NCBI RefSeq assembly: GCF_944387675.1
Contig: NZ_CALXFV010000040.1
Coordinates: 1-18,174, forward strand
Length of the DNA: 18,174 bases
Source of the DNA: an uncultured Flavonifractor sp.
GTDB lineage: Bacteria; Bacillota; Clostridia; Oscillospirales; Oscillospiraceae
Direction of reading: 5' to 3'
This document shows, one piece after another, positions 15,678-18,174 of this stretch. The position numbers and the translations under genes were made by a program. Each line of letters begins with the position of its first letter. The stretch's first letter is position 1. Under the pieces are notes generated by a model that was not told the DNA's origin, did no database searches, and saw only the letters and a list, made by a program, of their open reading frames with translations.

Positions 15678-16406
15678 ATGCTGACACCGCAGGAAGTTTC
15701 TGAGCACGCCTTTGCCAAGGCGTCTTTCGGCGGATACAACATGGCCATGGTGGACGAGTTTCTGGACATCCTGACGGCGGACTACACCACGCTGTACAAG
15801 GAGAACGCCACCCTGAAGGCCAAGATGAAGGTGCTGGTGGAGAAGGTGGAGGAGTACCGCTCCACCGAGGACGCTATGCGCAAGGCCCTGCTCACCGCCC
15901 AGAAGATGGCGGACGACCTGGTGGCCGAGGCCGAGCAGAAGCGCAACAAGCTGCTGCAAACCGCGGAGGAGGACGCCAAAGCCCGCATCGGCCAGATTCA
16001 GCAGGAGATCCGGGACGAGCAGCTGCGCCTGGCCGCGGCCCAGAACGCCACCGCCGCCTATGTGGCCAAGCTGAAGGAGCTTTACCAGCATGAGATGGAC
16101 TATCTCGGCGGCCTGTCCTCCCTCACCGCCCCGGTGGAGAAGCCCGACCCGGTGGCCTCCGCGGTGAAGGACATTGAGGAGAATGTGGAGCGGCTGGTCC
16201 GCCAGGAGGAAACCGCCCGGCCGGAGCAGCCGTCCCAGGCGGAGGAGAGCCAGCCGGAGGGCCAGGGCGGGCTGTACGCCGAGCTGATGGAGCTCAGCCG
16301 CAGCGGCGGGGACCAGGCCGGACAGGAGGAGGACGAGGCGGAGGAACCCACCCGCCGCATCGACTTCGACCATTTGCAGTTCGGCAAGGACTACGAAATC
16401 CGGTAA
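15678..16406 (+). CDS. divIVA: DivIVA domain-containing protein
   Basis: 242 aa; MLTPQEVSEHAFAKASFGGYNMAMVDEFLDIL N-terminal DivIVA signature followed by coiled coil; follows sepF by 21 nt. Confidence 0.92.
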   Translation: MLTPQEVSEHAFAKASFGGYNMAMVDEFLDILTADYTTLYKENATLKAKMKVLVEKVEEYRSTEDAMRKALLTAQKMADDLVAEAEQKRNKLLQTAEEDAKARIGQIQQEIRDEQLRLAAAQNATAAYVAKLKELYQHEMDYLGGLSSLTAPVEKPDPVASAVKDIEENVERLVRQEETARPEQPSQAEESQPEGQGGLYAELMELSRSGGDQAGQEEDEAEEPTRRIDFDHLQFGKDYEIR

Positions 16407-16412
16407 ATCCCC

Positions 16413-16441
16413 TTGACAGAACCCCTGCAAACGGGTAAGAT
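16413..16441 (+). promoter_or_regulatory. Sigma-A-type promoter for the T-box/ileS transcript
   Basis: TTGACA (16413-16418) - 17 nt - TAAGAT (16436-16441). Confidence 0.7.
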
Positions 16442-16480
16442 ACTGGGAGACGTCATTTTGGCGTCTCCCAGTGGATTTTT
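16442..16480 (+). terminator. Terminator-like hairpin downstream of divIVA
   Basis: ACTGGGAGACG / CGTCTCCCAGT perfect 11-bp stem (inner part can extend with UCA/UGG), then GGATTTTT. Confidence 0.6.
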
Positions 16481-16483
16481 CAT

Positions 16484-16719
16484 CAGAAAACGCTGTGATG
16501 AGGACAAGTACCCATCCCGCCCCTGCACAGAGAGCCGCCGTTTGGTGCAAGGCGGACAGGAGGGCTGGGGAAGATCACCTCGGAGCGGGCCGCCGAACAC
16601 AGTAAGCGGCCACGGCTGGCCCCGTTACCGGCCATCGAGCGGTCCCGGCCCGTCCGGGACAACGAGAGTGGTACCGCAGAGGTGTGCGCCTTTGTCTCTT
16701 GGGAGACAGGGGCGTTTTT
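16484..16719 (+). promoter_or_regulatory. T-box leader (isoleucine) controlling ileS
   Basis: Stem I start GTGATGAGGACAAGTA, CAGAGAGCCG motif, specifier-region GAAG-ATC-ACC (ATC at 16574-16576), CCGTTAC, T-box GAGTGGTACCGC (16666-16677), terminator, and a downstream IleRS gene. Confidence 0.93.
16687..16719 (+). terminator. T-box regulated terminator
   Basis: CGCCTTTGTCTC-TTGG-GAGACAGGGGCG 12-bp stem (two G-U) followed by TTTTT. Confidence 0.88.
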
Positions 16720-16761
16720 ATTTGCCCGACCAACAAAACCAGAACAAAAGGAGAACCACCC

Positions 16762-18174
16762 ATGGATTACAACCAGACCGTCCATCTGCCCCAGACCGAC
16801 TTTCCCATGCGGGCGGGGCTGCCCAAGCGGGAGCCGGACATGCTCCGGGAGATGCAGGACCACGACCTGTACCACAAGATGGTAGCGCGCAACGAGGGCA
16901 AGCCCAGCTACGTCCTCCACGACGGCCCCCCCTATGCCAACGGCAACATCCACATCGGCACCGCCCTGAACAAGATCCTCAAGGACATGATCGTGAAGCA
17001 CCGGAACATGACCGGCCACTACGCCCCCTATGTCCCCGGCTGGGACACCCACGGCCTGCCCATCGAGTCCGCCGTGCTCAAGGACAAGAAGGTACGCCGG
17101 GACGAGCTGACCACCGCCCAGTTCCGCACCAAGTGCCGGGAGTACGCCGAGGGCTATATCGCCAAAATGACCGGGCAGTTCCAGCGCCTGGGCGTGCTGG
17201 GGGAATGGGAGAACCCCTATATCACCCTGCTGCCCGAGTTTGAGGCCAGGCAGATCGAGGTCTTTGGCAAGATGGCGGAGAAGGGCCTCATCTACAAGGG
17301 CATGAAGCCGGTGTACTGGTGTCCCGCCGACCAGACCGCCCTGGCCGAGGCGGAGATCGAGTACGCCGACGACCCCTGCACCACCATCTTTGTGAAATTC
17401 CCCGTCCAGGACGACAAGGGCAAGCTGGGCCAGTACGCCGACCTGAAAAAAACCTTCTTCGTGATCTGGACCACCACCCCCTGGACCATCCCCGGCAACT
17501 TCGCCATCTGCCTGAACGCGGAGTTTGACTACGTGCTTCTCCAGGTTCCCGGCGGGGACGTATACGTGCTGGCCAAGGACCTGGCCGAGAGCGTGTGCCA
17601 GGCTGCCCACATTGACTTCGGGGCCTGCGCCGTGCTGGCCACCCTGAAGGGGTCCGAGTTTGAGCTGATGACCGCCAAGCATCCCCTTTTCGACCGGGAG
17701 AGCGTGATTCTCAACGGCGAGCACGTCACCCTGGACGCCGGCTCCGGCTGCGTCCACACCGCCCCCGGCTTCGGCGCCGAGGACTTCCAGATCTGCCAGC
17801 AGTACGACAAGGCCGGCCTCACCCACATCGGCGTGCCCGTGCCGGTGAACGCCAAGGGCGTCATGACCGACGAGCGCTACAACGGCCAGTTCTACGCCAA
17901 GGGCAACGACATGGTGGTGGAGGACCTGGAGAAGGAAGGCTTCCTGGTGGCCAAGGAGCAGATCACCCACTCCTACCCCCACTGCTGGCGGTGCAAGAAC
18001 CCCATCATCTACCGGGCCACCGAGCAGTGGTTCTGCTCCGTGGACGCCATCAAGGACGCCGCCGTGAAGGCCTGCGACTCCATCCAGTGGAAGCCTGAGT
18101 GGGGCAAGGAGCGGATGATCTCCATGATCTCCGAGCGCTCCGACTGGTGCATCTCCCGCCAGCGGGTGTGGGGC
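16762..18174 (+). CDS. ileS: Isoleucyl-tRNA synthetase, 3' truncated by window end (471 codons visible)
   Basis: Open frame from ATG 16762: MDYNQTVHLPQTDFPMRAGLPKREP..., class I HIGTA motif, GWDTHGLPIE, WTTTPWTIPGN, SDWCISRQRVWG. Missing from the ORF track because no stop lies in the window. Confidence 0.97.
   Translation, partial: MDYNQTVHLPQTDFPMRAGLPKREPDMLREMQDHDLYHKMVARNEGKPSYVLHDGPPYANGNIHIGTALNKILKDMIVKHRNMTGHYAPYVPGWDTHGLPIESAVLKDKKVRRDELTTAQFRTKCREYAEGYIAKMTGQFQRLGVLGEWENPYITLLPEFEARQIEVFGKMAEKGLIYKGMKPVYWCPADQTALAEAEIEYADDPCTTIFVKFPVQDDKGKLGQYADLKKTFFVIWTTTPWTIPGNFAICLNAEFDYVLLQVPGGDVYVLAKDLAESVCQAAHIDFGACAVLATLKGSEFELMTAKHPLFDRESVILNGEHVTLDAGSGCVHTAPGFGAEDFQICQQYDKAGLTHIGVPVPVNAKGVMTDERYNGQFYAKGNDMVVEDLEKEGFLVAKEQITHSYPHCWRCKNPIIYRATEQWFCSVDAIKDAAVKACDSIQWKPEWGKERMISMISERSDWCISRQRVWG

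Noticed and set aside
13365-16550. Minus-strand ORFs of 504, 203 and 184 aa opposite the HlyD-like/yggS/sepF/divIVA genes
   Set aside because: Antisense to well-supported genes and lacking recognisable motifs.
16406-17243. Plus-strand ORF 16413..17243 (276 aa)
   Set aside because: Runs through the promoter, T-box and then an alternate frame of ileS; no motifs.
16483-17982. 499 aa minus-strand ORF antisense to the T-box and ileS
   Set aside because: Covers a clear T-box and IleRS on the plus strand; composition typical of a shadow ORF.
1-18174. Defence system, CRISPR array, mobile element or secondary-metabolite cluster
   Set aside because: No regularly spaced repeats, Cas-like, transposase, integrase, toxin-antitoxin or biosynthetic motifs were seen; gene content is housekeeping.

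Overview
This 18.2 kb window is GC-rich and looks like a chromosomal segment of a low-copy housekeeping region from an anaerobic Firmicute (Clostridia/Oscillospiraceae-like; lineage is inferred from gene content only). Two divergent gene blocks flank a bidirectional promoter region at about 5826-5978. The minus-strand block, in transcription order, is: alanine-racemase-like protein, D-aminoacyl-tRNA deacylase (dtd), MBL-fold hydrolase, HemZ-like radical SAM protein, P-loop nucleoside (uridine) kinase, Mrp/NBP35 ATPase. The plus-strand block is: miaB, mutS, CPBP protease, mutL, hfq, HlyD-like membrane protein, yggS/ylmE, sepF, divIVA, then a T-box leader and ileS (truncated by the window end). 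I see no CRISPR array, tRNA/rRNA gene, transposase, phage module or recognisable defence system, and no strong case for a wholly new multi-gene system. The best second-look items are: (1) an intact alanine racemase homologue whose PLP-lysine motif and other active-site motifs appear replaced; (2) a near-consensus sigma-A promoter in an AT-rich island inside the yggS coding sequence, just upstream of sepF-divIVA; (3) a promoter whose -10 box abuts the terminator hairpin ahead of the ileS T-box; (4) the miaB-mutS-mutL-hfq cluster lacking miaA and carrying a CPBP protease insertion; (5) a HlyD-like protein without an obvious transporter partner in the division-gene cluster.
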